Of a DNA stretch of 64,000 bases, positions 60,708-64,000 are shown in pieces; within the stretch, counting starts at the first letter, position 1, and every line of letters begins with the position of its first letter. The notes beneath the pieces are model-generated. The model did no database searches. It was given only the letters and a program-made list of their open reading frames with translations, and was not told where the DNA came from. Source of the stretch: Piromyces finnis finn (taxonomy: Eukaryota; Fungi; Neocallimastigomycota); contig MCFH01000032.1 of NCBI GenBank assembly GCA_002104945.1, forward strand, positions 496,001-560,000, written 5' to 3'. Both the position numbers and the translations under genes were made by a program.

Positions 60708-63700
60708 ATGGTCCTCCTCCAGGATTCGGATACCAGACGAATCTAGAATTTTAATATTTAAATATATGTTTTTCTTTTTTAATAAACTAAACTAAGGAGT
60801 GAATTTTCTTAATTATAAAAATACATTTAATATAATAAAATACATTTTTTTTTTAATATTACTAAAGTTAAAAATAAAATATTGATAAATTTGATATTAA
60901 TAAATTGTTTAATAATAAAATTGATATTGATAATGATATTAATAAGTTTTGATAATAATAATAATTGTGATTTTAATATTAATAATAAATATAATTTGAA
61001 TTTTTTAACTATTTTTTATTTCTTTCTATTAAATTTTTTAAGTAGCCCCTTGCAATTTAGATTTTCTTCAGGCTCCCACGAAGCTTCATTGATTGAATAC
61101 CCTTTCCATTTAATCAGGTATTGTATTTTTCCGTAATGTCTTCTTTTATCCAGAATTTCTTCAACTTCGTATTCTTCTTCATTGTCAACGGTAATAGGTG
61201 GCGGTGGTGGTTGAGATCTTCCAAATTTATCTTCGACATATTTCTCAAGATTGGATACATGAATAACTGGATGAATCTTAATAGATTTTGGGAGACTTAA
61301 TTTAAATGTAACATTTGATATTTTTTCCAAGATTTTGTATGGGCCGAGTTTTCTTGGCTTAAATTTTTTATTTCCTTTGTGGATAATTAAAGAACTATCC
61401 AGCCAAACTTTGTCACCAACTTTAAAATTCGGAGCTTCTTTTCTACGTTTGTCAGCATGCTTCTTCTGGGTTTCCATGGCAGATTTTAAATTTTCTTTTA
61501 AGGTATTAATTAAAGTTTTAAAATCTCTTGTAAACTCTTCTGCTCTTGGGACTTTAGATAAGTCTGGAATAACTGGTGAATATTTTGGATGAAAGCCGTA
61601 ATTCAAAAAGAATGGAGAAAATTTGGATGATTCTTGGACCACGTTGTTATAACTAAATTCTGCAAGACTAAGAAAACTTTTCCAATTTGAACCTTTATAA
61701 TTTGAGAAACATCTTAAATATTGTTCTATAACGGAGTTCACCCTCTCCGTCTGACCGTTTGATTGATGATGAAATGGAGTAGACAACTTAAGTTCAATGC
61801 CAAGGGAGGAACAGATGGATTGGAAGAATTTAGAGGTAAATTGAGAACCTCTATCCGAGACAATAGATTCAGGTAGGCCATGAAGACGGAAAATATTATC
61901 AATAAAGGCTGTGGCTGTTTCGGCGGCGGAAGGAATACTTTTGAACGGAATGAGATGAACCATTTTTGTAAGACGATCAACAACAACAAGAATGCAAGTG
62001 AAACCAGAAGATGAAGGCAAATCTGTAATGAAATCCATTGAAATGGATGACCAAGGACGCTCAGCAATATCAAGAGGATTCAGAAGACCATAAGGTTTAT
62101 GACGAAAGGTTTTTGAACGACAACAAACTTCACAAGAACGAACGTAGTCTTTAACATCAGAAGAAATAGAAGGCCACCAGAAGTCTCTAGCAATAAGAGA
62201 AGATGTTTTCTTTATTCCGAAATGACCAGCTGAAGGAGAGTCGTGACAGAGTTTAAGAATTGAAAGACGACAATTTGGAGGAACATAGATTCTGTCAGTA
62301 AAAAGGAGAAAACTATTGCTTAAGGAAAATTTGTCAATTTGAGGGTGAGGTATTGGAGGTTTCCTACAATCAAGATATTCACAGATTTTATTGTAAAAGT
62401 CATCATTTATATATTCGGAAAGAAAAGAATCACTAATGGACGAAACAGAAGTCACAATGGCACAAAAGTTTTCAGGGCGAAGAACATTAAAAGGAACATC
62501 AGAAGAGGAATTCGAATTGATAGCATAATCAGGACGACGAGATAGAGCATCAGGCTTACCGTTAGAAGAACCAGAACGATAAATAATAACAAAGTTAAAT
62601 TCAGAGAGAAACAAAGCCCAGCGAACAAGACGTTGAGACATTTTTTCAGGTTTCTTTTGATAGAGTAAATTTCGATGATCCGAGTAAATCTTAAAAGTAG
62701 AAGAAGAGCCTTTAAGTAGATGACGCCATGTTTCAAGAGCAGCAACGATAGCTAAGAGCTCTTTATCATATATTGGATAATTACGTTCAGGACCAGTAAG
62801 AGAGCGAGAAAAGAAAGCAACTGGATGGGTCATATTATCAATTGGAGAGACTTGCGAGAGAATAGCACCAATGGCAAAGTTACTTGAATCAGTTTCGACT
62901 ATGAATGGAAGTTCACGATTAGGAAATATAAGAACAGGAGCAGAAACAAATAAGGACTTGAGTGAATCGAAAGCATCTTGAGCTTCTTTAGACCATACAA
63001 ATTTAACATTTTTCTTCAAAAGTTTATGCAAAGGATGAGCGATCTTTGCAAAATTTGGAATAAATCGACGGTAGTAGTTCGCAAGACCAAGAAAAGATTG
63101 AACCTCTTTAACATTAGATGGAGTAGGCCAGTTTAAAATAGAAGAAACTTTATTTGGGTCCATGTGAATACCATCAGTAGAAATCCTATGACCAAGGAAA
63201 TCAATAAAAGAAACAAAAAACTCGCATTTTTCCAATTTAGCATAGAGCCCAGCATCCCTCAGGAGTTTCAAAACAGTTTTGACATGAGAAATATGAGATT
63301 TATAATCCGAGGAAAAAATAATAATATCATCTATGTAAGAGAAAGCGAATTTACCAAGAACGTCTTCAAGAACATCATTAATGAAATGTTGAAAAACAGC
63401 AGGTGCATTTTTCAACCCAAAAGGCATCACACAGTATTCAAAATGACCTAACTTGCAAGTAAAAGCGGTTTTATATTCATCACCACTTTTAATCCTGACC
63501 AAGTTATAGGCAGAACGAAGATCCAATTTTGAGAAAATCTTCCCTTTTCCAAGATGTTCAAGCATATCTTGTATAAGAGGAAGGGGATAAGAATCACGAA
63601 TAGTTATGGAGTTTAATTGGCGATAGTCAACACACATACGAAGTTGACCGTTTTTCTTAGGTACAAACAGAATAGGAGCTCCCGCAGGCGATTTTGATTT

Positions 63701-64000
63701 TCTAATAAATCCTTTCTTGAGATTTTCTTTTATATATTCTTCTAAAGCAATTGATTCGGTTTCTGTTAGAGGATAAATCGGTCCATAAAACAATTTTGAA
63801 TTTTCTTTGAGTTTTATTTCACAATCGTATGGACGGTGTGGAGGAAGTTTTTCAGCATTAGATTCATTGAAGACATCAGCAAAGTCAGAGAGAACATCCG
63901 GAAGTATAATAGAAGAATTGGGTTCTGATTTAGAGTTTGAATCGGATTTGAGAATAGAATTGGAATGAATATTAGAATCAGAAAAAGAAGTCAAAACAGA
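60708..64000 (-). mobile_element. Chromovirus N, internal 3' part; its 3' LTR begins at 60708 and runs leftward (end not resolved); 5' part lies outside the window
   Basis: PPT complement TCCTCCTCC at 60712-60720 next to the minus-strand TGTAACG LTR start. Confidence 0.9.
61016..63994 (-). CDS. pol: Pol of chromovirus N (RT-RNaseH-IN-canonical chromodomain), 5'-truncated by the window
   Basis: YIDD, TDSS, HHCC and DDE motifs; [26 protein letters not shown] chromodomain. Confidence 0.96.
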   Translation of the reverse strand: MTSFSDSNIHSNSILKSDSNSKSEPNSSIILPDVLSDFADVFNESNAEKLPPHRPYDCEIKLKENSKLFYGPIYPLTETESIALEEYIKENLKKGFIRKSKSPAGAPILFVPKKNGQLRMCVDYRQLNSITIRDSYPLPLIQDMLEHLGKGKIFSKLDLRSAYNLVRIKSGDEYKTAFTCKLGHFEYCVMPFGLKNAPAVFQHFINDVLEDVLGKFAFSYIDDIIIFSSDYKSHISHVKTVLKLLRDAGLYAKLEKCEFFVSFIDFLGHRISTDGIHMDPNKVSSILNWPTPSNVKEVQSFLGLANYYRRFIPNFAKIAHPLHKLLKKNVKFVWSKEAQDAFDSLKSLFVSAPVLIFPNRELPFIVETDSSNFAIGAILSQVSPIDNMTHPVAFFSRSLTGPERNYPIYDKELLAIVAALETWRHLLKGSSSTFKIYSDHRNLLYQKKPEKMSQRLVRWALFLSEFNFVIIYRSGSSNGKPDALSRRPDYAINSNSSSDVPFNVLRPENFCAIVTSVSSISDSFLSEYINDDFYNKICEYLDCRKPPIPHPQIDKFSLSNSFLLFTDRIYVPPNCRLSILKLCHDSPSAGHFGIKKTSSLIARDFWWPSISSDVKDYVRSCEVCCRSKTFRHKPYGLLNPLDIAERPWSSISMDFITDLPSSSGFTCILVVVDRLTKMVHLIPFKSIPSAAETATAFIDNIFRLHGLPESIVSDRGSQFTSKFFQSICSSLGIELKLSTPFHHQSNGQTERVNSVIEQYLRCFSNYKGSNWKSFLSLAEFSYNNVVQESSKFSPFFLNYGFHPKYSPVIPDLSKVPRAEEFTRDFKTLINTLKENLKSAMETQKKHADKRRKEAPNFKVGDKVWLDSSLIIHKGNKKFKPRKLGPYKILEKISNVTFKLSLPKSIKIHPVIHVSNLEKYVEDKFGRSQPPPPPITVDNEEEYEVEEILDKRRHYGKIQYLIKWKGYSINEASWEPEENLNCKGLLKKFNRKK

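Overview
Extremely AT-rich eukaryotic DNA with spliceosomal introns and long (AAT)n tracts. By composition it is probably an anaerobic gut fungus (Neocallimastigomycota); this is an inference, not a database match. The window holds two decayed host genes (a UBE2J1/Ubc6-like pseudogene and a disrupted unknown gene), five tRNA genes (two Ser(GCT)-Met(CAT) dimers and one Gly(GCC)) and a dense population of LTR retrotransposons. These are: an intact Ty3/gypsy element C (42294-50219) and its decayed relative A (247-7989); an intact chromovirus D (50275-57815); the 3' part of a second chromovirus N; a decayed Ty1/copia element (29300-34386); and about 20 solo or truncated LTRs. Main observations: (1) LTR elements with 4-bp TSDs sit 14-17 nt upstream of each tRNA locus and are stacked end to end. 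Upstream of tRNA-Gly the same TSD (GATT) recurs at five successive junctions, giving a polar, apparently chronological insertion record at least 17 kb long. (2) A ~135-nt RNA motif with invariant loops and compensatory base changes is shared by the long 5' leaders of two otherwise unalignable tRNA-Ala-primed families. (3) Three priming modes coexist: tRNA-Ala 3' end, Tf1-type 11-nt self-priming, and an apparent half-tRNA-Lys(CUU) primer in the copia element. (4) Both gypsy families have clear -1 frameshift signals. All alignments and foldings were done by eye.
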